From an uncultured Gemmatimonadales bacterium (lineage in GTDB: Bacteria > Gemmatimonadota > Gemmatimonadetes > Gemmatimonadales > Gemmatimonadaceae), in the NCBI GenBank assembly GCA_963701965.1, contig OY969695.1, positions 4,640,001 through 4,704,000 of the forward strand: DNA of 64,000 nucleotides. Reading direction: 5' to 3'. The stretch's first letter is position 1. Every line of letters begins with the position of its first letter. This document shows positions 1-9,397 of the stretch, piece by piece. The notes under the pieces were generated by a model that did no database searches, was not told the DNA's origin, and saw only the letters and a list, made by a program, of their open reading frames with translations. Made by a program: the position numbers and the translations under genes.

Positions 1-1
1 C

Positions 2-1024
2 ATGGAAGAGTATCTCGCGGCCCTCGGCGCCGAGTTGACCCTGCGGTACCCCCCCGCCAATGGCTGGGAAGCCGAGACGCTCTACTTCGGCGGGGGCACG
101 CCGTCGATGCTCGGCGCCGGCGTCTCGCGCCTCATGGCGCTGCTCGGCGAGTCGCTCCGGCTCGCGCCCGGCGCCGAGGTCACGCTGGAGGCCAATCCGG
201 AGCACGTGACGCCCGCGAACGTCGTCGCGTGGCGTGCCGCCGGCATCACGCGCCTCTCGATCGGTGCGCAATCGTTCGATGCGGACGCGCTGCTCTGGAT
301 GCACCGGACCCACAGCGCGACCGACACGCGGCGCGCCTTGGCCGTGGCGCGCGACGGAGGCTTCGACAATGTCTCGCTGGACCTGATCTTCGGGCTGCCC
401 GCGTCGCTCCGTCGCGACTGGCAGCGTGACGTCGACGCGGCGCTGGCGCTCCGCCCGGCGCACCTTTCGCTGTACGGCCTGACCGCCGAGCCGGCGACGC
501 CGTTGGCGCACTGGTTGACCCGGGGCGCGGTCGAGATGCCAGGCGACAGCGCCTATGAGAGCGAGTTCCTGCACGCCCACGCCGCCGCCGCGGCGGCGGG
601 CTACGAGCACTACGAGGTCTCGAACTTCGCCCTGCCGGGCGCGCGCGCCCGGCATAACTCCTCGTATTGGTCCGGGGCGTCCTACGCGGGCCTCGGTCCA
701 TCGGCCCACGAGCTCGACGGCGACGTGCGGCGCTGGAACATCGCGCCCTACGTCGCGTGGCGCGACGCGCTACGCGCCGGCGGCGACCCTGTGGCGGGCC
801 ATGAGCGGCTCACCGATGACAACCGGCTCACCGAACGCGTCTATCTGGGTCTCCGCACGGCCGACGGCCTGAGGTTTGACATGAAAGATGCGCCTGTGGT
901 CGACCGGTGGCTCGAACAGGGTTGGGCGGAACAGCGCGCTCAACACACGACGTTGACCCCGCTGGGATGGCTCAGGCTCGACAGCCTGGCCGCTGACTTG
1001 ACTTATGCCAGAAGTCGTTCGTAG
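2..1024 (+). CDS. hemW: Radical SAM heme chaperone HemW (HemN-like), 5' end outside window
   Basis: YFGGGTPS, EVTLEANP, SLDLIFGLP, YEVSNFA and HNxxYW motifs; lies upstream of hrcA. Confidence 0.9.
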   Translation: MEEYLAALGAELTLRYPPANGWEAETLYFGGGTPSMLGAGVSRLMALLGESLRLAPGAEVTLEANPEHVTPANVVAWRAAGITRLSIGAQSFDADALLWMHRTHSATDTRRALAVARDGGFDNVSLDLIFGLPASLRRDWQRDVDAALALRPAHLSLYGLTAEPATPLAHWLTRGAVEMPGDSAYESEFLHAHAAAAAAGYEHYEVSNFALPGARARHNSSYWSGASYAGLGPSAHELDGDVRRWNIAPYVAWRDALRAGGDPVAGHERLTDDNRLTERVYLGLRTADGLRFDMKDAPVVDRWLEQGWAEQRAQHTTLTPLGWLRLDSLAADLTYARSRS

Positions 1025-1027
1025 ATT
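998..1027 (+). promoter_or_regulatory. Putative sigma70 promoter for hrcA (likely leaderless)
   Basis: TTGACT (998-1003), 18-nt spacer, TAGATT (1022-1027), 7 nt before the ATG at 1035. Confidence 0.5.
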
Positions 1028-1034
1028 TAGACTT

Positions 1035-2099
1035 ATGCCGCTACCGGCGCTCAATGAGCGCGAACGTCGTATCCTCGAGGCCGTCATCCAGAGCTACGTC
1101 GAGACTGCCGAGCCCACGGGCTCGCGCAATCTCGCGCGCCGGTTCGGTTTCGGGGTCTCGCCGGCGACGATTCGCAATACCATGAGCGACCTCGAGGAAA
1201 AGGGATACCTGTACCACCCGCACACATCCGCGGGTCGGGTACCGACGGACATGGCGTATCGCATTTACGTCGATTCGTTGATGCGCCTCGCGCCGCCGCC
1301 GCCCCCGCCACCCGACCAGGATGTGCTGATGGAGCAGCTGGCCGCCGGTGGCTCGGCCATCGAGACGATCCTGCGCTGCGCCGCGCAGAGCCTGAGCGTG
1401 CTGACGCAAGAGTTGGGGATCGCGCTCGGCCCCCGCATCGAGCAGGCCGTCCTCGAGCGTGTCGACCTGGTGCGGCTGTCGAGCGAGCGGCTGCTGCTCG
1501 TCCTCGGGCTCCGCGGCGGCTCCGTCCGGACCATCTTCGTCGAAGTCGCCGGCACGATCGTGGATCCGGTCCTGACCGAGGTCTCGCAAGTTCTCAACGA
1601 GCGGCTCGGCGGCTTGACGCTGAAGGAGATCCGGGCGTCGCTGGCCTCGCGACTGCGCGACACGACGCCTTCGGACGGCGCGGGCGAGCTGCTCAGCATC
1701 TTCGTGCAGAGCGCCGACACGTTGTTCGAAGCGCCGCTGGCCGCCAGCGACAATGTCGTGCTCGGGGCGGCCTCCGTGCTGGCCGAGCAGCCCGAGTTCG
1801 CGTCGGGAGAGAGCCTGCGGCGGCTCATCGCCCTGACCGAAACCCGGCAACAGCTCGCCGACCTGCTGCGCAAGCGCACGGCCCCGTCCAGTGGCCTGTC
1901 GGCCAGCGGCATCTCGATCACGATCGGAAACGAGCACGCCGATCCGCGCCTCGAGAACCTGACCATCGTCACCGCCGAGTATCGCGCCGGTCCGCTGGGC
2001 GGTGTGATCGGCGTCATCGGTCCGACGCGCATGTCGTACGAGAAGGTGATCTCGCTGGTGAGCCATACGTCGCAGATGATCTCCGCGTTGTTCGCCTGA
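1035..2099 (+). CDS. hrcA: Heat-inducible transcription repressor HrcA
   Basis: SPATIRNTMSDLEEKGYLYHPHTSAGRVPTD and GVIGPTRMSY motifs. Confidence 0.97.
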   Translation: MPLPALNERERRILEAVIQSYVETAEPTGSRNLARRFGFGVSPATIRNTMSDLEEKGYLYHPHTSAGRVPTDMAYRIYVDSLMRLAPPPPPPPDQDVLMEQLAAGGSAIETILRCAAQSLSVLTQELGIALGPRIEQAVLERVDLVRLSSERLLLVLGLRGGSVRTIFVEVAGTIVDPVLTEVSQVLNERLGGLTLKEIRASLASRLRDTTPSDGAGELLSIFVQSADTLFEAPLAASDNVVLGAASVLAEQPEFASGESLRRLIALTETRQQLADLLRKRTAPSSGLSASGISITIGNEHADPRLENLTIVTAEYRAGPLGGVIGVIGPTRMSYEKVISLVSHTSQMISALFA

Positions 2100-2110
2100 G
2101 GATCGGGATC

Positions 2111-3241
2111 GTGGCTGATTTCTACGCGACCCTCGGGCTTGCCCGCTCGGCGTCGGACGACGACATCAAGAAAGCGTATCGCAAGCTCGCCATGCAGTAC
2201 CATCCCGACCGCAACAACGGGTCGAAGGAAGCCGAGGAGCAGTTCAAGGCGATCAGCGAAGCGTATGACGTGTTGCGCGACCCCGAGAAGCGCGCCGCCT
2301 ACGATCGCTATGGCGAGGCGGGCCTGCGCGGAGGGGGCGGCGGCGGGTTCCACCACGTGGACTTGTCCGAGGCGCTCAGCATGTTCATGCGCGACTTCGG
2401 CGGATTGGGCGGATTCAGCGACTTGTTCGGCACGGGCCGGGCCCAAGTCAACCGCGCCGGGGCCGACGTCAAGCTGACGATCAACCTCTCGCTCGTGGAA
2501 GTGGCGACGGGTGTCGACAAGACCCTGACCCTCAAGCTGCTGGACGCGTGCGACCACTGCAACGGGACCGGCGCCGAGCCGGGGACCCAGCCCCAGCGAT
2601 GCGCGACCTGCGGCGGGAGCGGGGAAGTCCGCCGCGCCCAACGGTCGTTCTTCGGTCAGTTCGTGAGTGTCGCGCCGTGCCCGACCTGCGGCGGCGAAGG
2701 CACGGTCGTCTCCACGCCGTGCAAGAAGTGTCGCGGCGACGGACGCGTGCGCGTCGAGCGGACGCTCCAGATTCGTGTGCCGCCCGGGGTGTCCACGGGG
2801 CAGTATATGACACTCCGCGGGCGCGGGAACATCGGCCCGCGCGGCGGCGAGCGCGGCGACGTGATCGTGTTGTTCAACGTCGAGGACGATCCGCGCTTCG
2901 AGCGGGACGGCGACGATCTATACAGCGAAGTGCTGGTCTCGTATCCCCAGCTCGTGTTCGGCACGGATCTCGAAGTGCCCACGGTCACCGGCTCGGTGCC
3001 CCTCCGCATTCCCGAGGGCACGCAGAGCGGGCACGTCTTCGACCTTCGCGGCAAAGGGCTCCCCCGCGTGAACGCATCGGGCACGGGCGACCTGCACGTG
3101 CGCGTGCAGCTGTGGACGCCCGACGAGCTCACGCGCGAGGAAGAGGCGCTCATCCGCCAGCTCTCCAGCGTGCAGGCGAAGCCGCCGCAAACGCGGTCCA
3201 AAGGGCTGTGGGCGAAGATGAAGGAAGCCCTCGGCGCGTGA
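2111..3241 (+). CDS. dnaJ: Chaperone DnaJ
   Basis: J-domain with HPD, G/F region, four CxxCxGxG repeats. Confidence 0.98.
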   Translation: MADFYATLGLARSASDDDIKKAYRKLAMQYHPDRNNGSKEAEEQFKAISEAYDVLRDPEKRAAYDRYGEAGLRGGGGGGFHHVDLSEALSMFMRDFGGLGGFSDLFGTGRAQVNRAGADVKLTINLSLVEVATGVDKTLTLKLLDACDHCNGTGAEPGTQPQRCATCGGSGEVRRAQRSFFGQFVSVAPCPTCGGEGTVVSTPCKKCRGDGRVRVERTLQIRVPPGVSTGQYMTLRGRGNIGPRGGERGDVIVLFNVEDDPRFERDGDDLYSEVLVSYPQLVFGTDLEVPTVTGSVPLRIPEGTQSGHVFDLRGKGLPRVNASGTGDLHVRVQLWTPDELTREEEALIRQLSSVQAKPPQTRSKGLWAKMKEALGA

Positions 3242-4071
3242 CCTGGCACGCGGTCCGGGTGTGGATCGCGGCCCCCGACCCCCGCCGTGACACCGTGCTG
3301 CGGCTGTTGTTCGCCGACGGCTCGCTCGGCGTGCACGACAATGGCGATTCGATCGTCACGCATTTCCCCGGCGATCACAATGTTGGCGCGCTCTGCGTCA
3401 CCATCGGCGACGCCGTCCCCGGCGCTCGCATCGACACGTACGAGACGCCCGACGTCGACTGGTCGGAGCAGTGGAAGCACGCCATCGGCGCGCACCGGAT
3501 CGGCCGGCTCGCCGTAGCGCCGCCCTGGCTGGCGGGCGATCTCCCGTCGGCGACGACGATCGTGATCGAGCCGGCGATGGCGTTCGGCACAGGCGAGCAT
3601 GCGACGACGCGCGGCGTGCTGCGGCTGATGCAGGACATCGTACGCCCCGGGGATGTGGTCGCCGACCTCGGCGCTGGCAGCGCCGTGTTGTCCATCGCCG
3701 CGGCGAAGCTCGGCGCGGCCCGGGTCGTCGCCGTGGAGATGGACGGCGACGCGATCGGCAACGCCGAGGGCAACGTGGCGCGCAACGGGGAGACGTCGCG
3801 GGTGCACGTCTTGCACGGCGACGCCACTGTGCTGCTGCCGCTGCTGGCTCCGGTTCGAGTCGTGCTCGCCAACATCATCTCGTCGGTGCTGGTCGAGCTC
3901 CTGCCCACGATCGCTGCCGCGCTCACCGCGGACGGCGCCGTCGTCCTGAGCGGCATTCTGCGCGAGGAGCGCGCGACCTTGCTCGCCCTGCTCGCGGACA
4001 CCGGATGGCGGGTGAATGGGGAGGACGCGGAGGGGGAATGGTGGAGCGTGGCCGTGGCGCGGACGGCGTGA
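3238..4071 (+). CDS. prmA: Ribosomal protein L11 methyltransferase
   Basis: DWSEQWK, IEPAMAFGTGEHATT, DLGAGS; GTG start overlaps the dnaJ stop. Confidence 0.92.
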   Translation: MTWHAVRVWIAAPDPRRDTVLRLLFADGSLGVHDNGDSIVTHFPGDHNVGALCVTIGDAVPGARIDTYETPDVDWSEQWKHAIGAHRIGRLAVAPPWLAGDLPSATTIVIEPAMAFGTGEHATTRGVLRLMQDIVRPGDVVADLGAGSAVLSIAAAKLGAARVVAVEMDGDAIGNAEGNVARNGETSRVHVLHGDATVLLPLLAPVRVVLANIISSVLVELLPTIAAALTADGAVVLSGILREERATLLALLADTGWRVNGEDAEGEWWSVAVARTA

Positions 4072-4799
4072 TCACCGGCGCGCTGCGCCCGCCGGCGAGT
4101 CTCCGGCTGTTGGCGGCCGGCCCGTTCGTTCCGGGCGCGACGATCGCGCTGGACGACGACGGCGCGCAGCATCTGCGGGTGCGCCGCGCGCTTGCCGGAA
4201 CAGCCGTGACACTGCTCGATGGCGCCGGGGCCGTCGCCGCCGGGCGCTTGGCGGCGCTCGACAAGCGCGGCGGACGCGTGGTGATCGAGGATGTGCAGCA
4301 TGCCGACCCGTTGCCCGCGGTCCATTTGCTCGTGCCCATTGCCGACCGGGAACGCGTGCTGTGGCTCGCGGAAAAGGGCACCGAGCTCGGGCTCACGTCG
4401 TGGCGCGCCGTCCGCTGGCGGCGGTCGCTCAGTGTGCATCCGCGGGGCGAAGGCCCGGCGTTTCAGGCCAAGATCCGCGCCCGCATGCGGAGCGCGGTGG
4501 AACAGTCGGCGAATCCCTGGTTGCCGACCCTGCTCCCCGACGCCAATGTCGCCGAGGCGGCCGAGCGGGGCGCCGGGTCGCGCTACTTGCTGACCGCCGG
4601 CGCGCCGGTCATGTTCGCCGTGCGGGCGCCAGTGACCCTGGCACTCGGGCCCGAAGGCGGCATCGAAGAGGATGAGGCCGGGGAGTTTCGCGCCGCCGGA
4701 TTCATCCCGGCGTCGGTCGGATCCCATACTCTGCGGTTCGAGACCGCCGGTCTCGCGGCGCTCGCCATCGTCCGCGCATCACTCGAGGGCCAGCCATGA
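4068..4799 (+). CDS. rsmE: 16S rRNA m3U1498 methyltransferase RsmE
   Basis: EKGTELG, EQS, LGPEGG, LRFETA motifs; start uncertain (4038 or 4068). Confidence 0.9.
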   Translation: MITGALRPPASLRLLAAGPFVPGATIALDDDGAQHLRVRRALAGTAVTLLDGAGAVAAGRLAALDKRGGRVVIEDVQHADPLPAVHLLVPIADRERVLWLAEKGTELGLTSWRAVRWRRSLSVHPRGEGPAFQAKIRARMRSAVEQSANPWLPTLLPDANVAEAAERGAGSRYLLTAGAPVMFAVRAPVTLALGPEGGIEEDEAGEFRAAGFIPASVGSHTLRFETAGLAALAIVRASLEGQP

Positions 4800-5147
4800 G
4801 CAATGACGAAGCGACCTGCCTCTTCTGCCGGATCGTCCGCCACGAGATTCCCGCGCAGATCATTCAGGAGGCCGACGATCTGATCGTGTTCAACGACATC
4901 AACGCCCAAGCGCCATTTCACGCGTTGGTGGTGCCGCGGCGGCATCTCGGGGTCGCTCAACGACGCCAATGACCCCGCGCTCGTCGGAAAACTCGTCACC
5001 GCGGCGCGCGATCTGGCGCGCGAGCAAGGGTTCGCCGACAACGGTTATCGGATCGTCATCAACACGTTGTCCAATGGCGGCCAGACGGTGAACCACCTGC
5101 ACCTGCACGTACTCGCGGGACGCTACATGCGCTGGCCGCCGGGCTGA
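4796..5147 (+). CDS. Histidine triad (HIT) nucleotide-binding protein with a +1 frameshift at GGGG 4949-4952 (probable sequencing error)
   Basis: CLFCRIV...[18 protein letters not shown] in one frame; GYRIVIN...[23 protein letters not shown] in the next; not in the ORF track. Confidence 0.9.
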
Positions 5148-5161
5148 TTATCTTTGCCGCC

Positions 5162-5475
5162 ATGATGACTGTCCGTCGCTGGACCATCGTGGTGCCCGGG
5201 GTTGCCGCCGCGTTCATCCGCATCGCGCTCCTGCCGTGGCTCCCGATTCCCTATCCGGCGACGCACGACGAGTTCAGTTATCTGTTGGGCGCCGATACGT
5301 TCTTGCACGGGCGACTGACGAACCCTCCGCATCCAATGTGGCGGTTTTCGAGACCATCCACGTCATCTCGATCCCCACATACGCATCGAAATACCAGCCC
5401 GGCGCGTCGTTCTTCCTCGCCATTGGCCGTGGCTCATGGACTGGTATCTGGCCGGCAAATGGAGCGGGGAAGTCT
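5162..5475 (+). pseudogene. N-terminal fragment of a membrane protein (glycosyltransferase-like), frameshifted and truncated
   Basis: [31 protein letters not shown], then [27 protein letters not shown] in another frame; runs into the convergent gene. Confidence 0.55.
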
Positions 5476-6293
5476 AAATGGTCAGAAGGGCCAGCTCCGG
5501 GCGCGCGCCAATGCGGAGCGGGATGCCGGAATTCCCGAGGCCGCGGCTGACGTAAAGGGTGTGCCCGCCCGCCTGATACCACCCTTTGACGTAGCGGCCG
5601 CTCCCATCGGGTACGATGATGGCCACGCCGAACGGGGCGATCTGCCCGCCATGGGTGTGGCCCGCGAGGGCAGTGACCGGCCGCGCGGCCACCGTTTGGA
5701 TCGAGTCGAACGTCACCGGACAGTGGGACAGGACAACGGTCCGCACCCCGGGATCCGCCGGTAGCCGCCGCAGGAGATCGTAGTCGGGGCTCCCCGCCCG
5801 CCAGTCGTCGAGTCCGACGAGATCGACCGGCGCTCCGCCGGTGTCGAGGCGGGTCGTGGCGTTGATCAGCAGGCGCACACCGGCGCGGTCGTAGTGCTGG
5901 CGGAGGCGCGTGAGATTGCAGAGACCCTGGTACTCCCAGTTCCCGAGGGTTGCGAACTTGCCGAGGGGCGCGTCCAACGCACCGTAGAACTCGACATGAT
6001 GCTCGGCGCCCCGCTGGTCGACCGCATCGCCGACGATCGCGATGAGAATGGGGCGCGAACTGCCGGACCGCCGCGATCAGCCGCCGGCCTTCGACGTAAT
6101 CGTGGGGCGAGTGCATATCGGCCAGGAGGGCGATCCTGAGGGGTGGATGGCCCGTCGCGACCGGGTGCGCCCGGTGGGTGATCTCCAGTGCGTTGGAGCC
6201 CCATCCGACCGCGCCAACTGTTCCCGCCGCGCCAAGAGCGGCGGTCGCCAGAAACCGGCGTCGGGTCAGCAGCAAGGCGGAATCAGGACTCAT
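5474..6293 (-). CDS. Tat-exported metallophosphoesterase (YkuE/YaeI-like), frameshift near 6047
   Basis: TRRRFL Tat motif, ADMH, GD, GNWE, LSHCP, GHTHGGQ, VSRGLG split across two frames. Confidence 0.85.
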
Positions 6294-6306
6294 GGCGGAA
6301 TATAGC

Positions 6307-6335
6307 TTGACACGCGTTCGCGGAACTGATTAATT
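6307..6335 (+). promoter_or_regulatory. Putative sigma70 promoter of the rpsU operon
   Basis: Perfect TTGACA at 6307-6312 followed 16-17 nt later by AT-rich ATTAATT. Confidence 0.55.
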
Positions 6336-6378
6336 CAAGAGCAGTTACGCCACTTCAACACGAAAGAGGACGAGCGTT

Positions 6379-6567
6379 TTGTCGGAAGTCATCATACACG
6401 ACGACGAGAACTTCGAACGGGCACTCAAGCGCTTCAAGAAGAAGTGTGAGAAAGCGGGTATCCTGTCCGATCTCCGGAAGCACCGCCATTACGAAAAGCC
6501 GAGCGAGCGCCGCAAGCGGAAGATGAACGCGGCGATGCGGAAGAACCGGCGGACGCGCCACGCGTAG
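6379..6567 (+). CDS. rpsU: 30S ribosomal protein S21
   Basis: [42 protein letters not shown] start with upstream AGAGGA. Confidence 0.98.
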   Translation: MSEVIIHDDENFERALKRFKKKCEKAGILSDLRKHRHYEKPSERRKRKMNAAMRKNRRTRHA

Positions 6568-6573
6568 CCCCTG

Positions 6574-7017
6574 ATGGCCGACCTGTGGGCGCGGCTGCAA
6601 GCCGATCTGATCACCGCGCGCAAGGCGCAAGACAAACCCAGGACCCTGCTGCTTAGCACGATCCTGGCCGACGTCAAAAACCGCAAAATCGAGCTCGGCC
6701 GTGACCCGGTCGACGACGATGTCGTTGACGTCCTCCGCAAGGGCATCAAGAGACGGCGCGAGTCGATCGAGCTGTACGACAAGGGCGGGCGTCCGGAGTT
6801 GGCCGACAAAGAGCGCGCCGAGGTCCAGGCGCTGGACCAATACCTGCCGGCGCAAGTCGACGCCGGCGAGCTCCGGAACGCGGTGCGCTCGGCGATCGCC
6901 GCCGGCGCCACGAACATCGGTGCGGTGATGGGCCGGGTGCTCCCGCAGTACAAAGGGCGCGCCGAGGGCAGCATCATCAGCGCCATCGCGCGCGAGGAGC
7001 TCGCCGCGCGGGGGTGA
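6574..7017 (+). CDS. GatB/YqeY domain protein
   Basis: KRRRESIELY..GGRPELADKERAE...YLP; follows rpsU as usual. Confidence 0.93.
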   Translation: MADLWARLQADLITARKAQDKPRTLLLSTILADVKNRKIELGRDPVDDDVVDVLRKGIKRRRESIELYDKGGRPELADKERAEVQALDQYLPAQVDAGELRNAVRSAIAAGATNIGAVMGRVLPQYKGRAEGSIISAIAREELAARG

Positions 7018-7033
7018 CTGTGGGGACCGCGCG

Positions 7034-9397
7034 GTGAACGCGCACGCGCTCGAGCTCCTGGAGCTGCCGCGCGTCCTGGAGTTGGTGGCGCAACGCGCTG
7101 TGTCGTCGCTGGGCGCGGCCCGCATTCTCGCGGCGCGCCCCACCGAGGACCGCGCGTGGGCCGAGCGCGAGCAATCCCGCGTGATCGCCGTGCGCGCGTT
7201 GATGGGAGAGGAGGGCGGCTGGTCACCGGAGCCCGTCCCTGATCTCACGGCCCCCCTCGCCCGCCTGCGCATCGACGGGACCGTCTGGACGCCGGGCGAG
7301 TTCTTGTCCGCGGCGCTGCTGCTCGCCTCGTCCCGGCGGACGCGCGAGTCCCTGGCCGATACGCGCCGCGCCGCGGCGGCGCGGGCGGTGCTCGCCCCAT
7401 TCGCGGAGCGTCTTCCCATCGCCCCGGACGTCGAGCGCGTGATCGGCCGCGCGATCGGTGATGACGGCACGGTCCGCGACGGCGCCTCGCCGCTCCTGGC
7501 CCGGCTCCGGCGCGACCTGCGCGGCGCGCAGGGCGAGCTGGTGCGGCTGCTGGAGCGGATCATGGCGCAGCTGGATCCGGCGCAGCAAGTCAGCGACATG
7601 TCGGTGACCGTGCGCAACGGGCGCTATGTGATTCCGGTGCGGCGCGACGCGCGGGGTTTGGGCGGCATCGTGCACGACACGTCGGCCAGCGGCGCGACGC
7701 TGTTCGTCGAGCCGCCCGCGGCGATCGAGGCCGGAAACCGCATCCGGGAGATGGAGGCGGCGGAGACCCGCGAAGTCGAGCGGGTGCTGCTGGAGCTGAC
7801 CGACGCCCTGCGCCCGCTGCGCGCGGACTTGCTCGATGCGCTCGACGTGCTGGCCGAGCTGGACTCCTTGGGCGCGCGGGCCCGGTATGCGATCGATGCC
7901 GGATGCGCCGCTCCGTTGCTCGCCGAACCGGGCGAGGGATTCCAGATCCGCGCCGGGCGTCACCCGCTTCTCCTGGCCCAGGGCCTGGCCGTCGTCCCGT
8001 TCGACCTGGACATGGATGCCGGCGAGAAGACCCTGCTGCTCTCCGGGCCGAACACCGGCGGCAAGACCGTGTTGCTCAAGTCGATCGGGCTCTTCTCGGC
8101 CATGCTGCGGTCCGGCGTCCCGGCGCCGGTCGGTGCCGGCAGCCGGATCGCGCTGTACGATGACATCTTCGCCGACATCGGCGACGAGCAATCGATCGCG
8201 GCCAGCCTGTCGACGTTCAGCGCACACGTGAAGAATCTCGGCGCCATCCTCGCGCACGCTACCGCGCGCTCCCTGGTGCTCATCGACGAGCTCGGCTCGG
8301 GAACCGATCCCGTGGAGGGGGCCGCGCTCGGGGGCGCGATTCTCGAAGACCTCACGGCGCGCGGGGCGATGACGGTGGCCACGACGCACCTGGGCGCGCT
8401 CAAGGACCTGGCGAGCGAGGTCGGTGGCGTCGTGAACGCCTCGCTGCAATTCGACGTCGCCCGGCTGGAGCCGACCTATCGGCTGCTCAAGGGAGTCCCC
8501 GGGCGCTCGTATGGGTTGAGCATTGCCCGCCGGCTCCGCCTGCCCGACGACGTGCTGGCGCGCGCCGAGGCACGCGTGCCGCGCGCCGAGCGCGATGTCG
8601 AGGCGCTGCTGGCCGATCTCGAGCGGCGCGAGACGGAGCTGGCCGGGCGCGAGGCCCGCGCCGAAGAGGCGATCGCCGGCGCCGAAGCGCGGTTCGCCCG
8701 CGTCGAGGCCCGGGAGCACGCCGTGCGGGAGCGGGAGCGGGAGGCCGAGCGACGGGCCCGGGTCGGCGCCCGGGAGTACGTTCTGCGTGCCCGCCAGGAG
8801 GTCGACCGGGTCATCGCCGAGTTGCGTTCCGGCGCGGCGGCCACCGACGCCGTGCGGGACGCGCGGCGTCGTGTCGAGCATATCGCGGCGGACCACGCCG
8901 CGGCGCTGGCGGCCCTCGACGAGTCGGCGCGCGGTGTCGTATCTGTAGGGGAGACGATCGCGCCGCGCGTGGGATCGTGGGTCGCGGTGGACGCGCTGGG
9001 CGGGAAACTGGGACGAGTCGTGGAGATGCGGGATGGCGATGCCGTCGTGGCCGTCGGTGCCGTGAAGATGACCGTGCCCGTCCAGACGCTGCGGGTGTCC
9101 ACGCCGGCGCCGGTGGAGCCCGTCGCCATCGCCCCCGACTTTGCCGACGTGCCGGCGGCCCAGGAGATCGACCTGCGTGGGCTGCGCGTGGATGAAGCCG
9201 AGGAGCGCGTGCTGTACGCGCTCGACGCCGCTGTTCGCGCCGATCTGGCGTCGATCCGCGTGATTCACGGCAAAGGCACCGGCGCGTTGCGGGAGCGGGT
9301 CGCGGAGATGCTGCGCAAGGACACCCGCGTGAAAAGCTTTCGCCTGGGAGCGTGGAATGAAGGCGGGGCCGGCGTGACCGTGGCGGAGCTCGCGTGA
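7034..9397 (+). CDS. mutS2: Endonuclease MutS2
   Basis: GPNTGGKT Walker A, DIGDEQSI..SLSTFS, DELGSGTDP, C-terminal Smr domain (IHGKGTGAL). Confidence 0.96.
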   Translation: MNAHALELLELPRVLELVAQRAVSSLGAARILAARPTEDRAWAEREQSRVIAVRALMGEEGGWSPEPVPDLTAPLARLRIDGTVWTPGEFLSAALLLASSRRTRESLADTRRAAAARAVLAPFAERLPIAPDVERVIGRAIGDDGTVRDGASPLLARLRRDLRGAQGELVRLLERIMAQLDPAQQVSDMSVTVRNGRYVIPVRRDARGLGGIVHDTSASGATLFVEPPAAIEAGNRIREMEAAETREVERVLLELTDALRPLRADLLDALDVLAELDSLGARARYAIDAGCAAPLLAEPGEGFQIRAGRHPLLLAQGLAVVPFDLDMDAGEKTLLLSGPNTGGKTVLLKSIGLFSAMLRSGVPAPVGAGSRIALYDDIFADIGDEQSIAASLSTFSAHVKNLGAILAHATARSLVLIDELGSGTDPVEGAALGGAILEDLTARGAMTVATTHLGALKDLASEVGGVVNASLQFDVARLEPTYRLLKGVPGRSYGLSIARRLRLPDDVLARAEARVPRAERDVEALLADLERRETELAGREARAEEAIAGAEARFARVEAREHAVREREREAERRARVGAREYVLRARQEVDRVIAELRSGAAATDAVRDARRRVEHIAADHAAALAALDESARGVVSVGETIAPRVGSWVAVDALGGKLGRVVEMRDGDAVVAVGAVKMTVPVQTLRVSTPAPVEPVAIAPDFADVPAAQEIDLRGLRVDEAEERVLYALDAAVRADLASIRVIHGKGTGALRERVAEMLRKDTRVKSFRLGAWNEGGAGVTVAELA

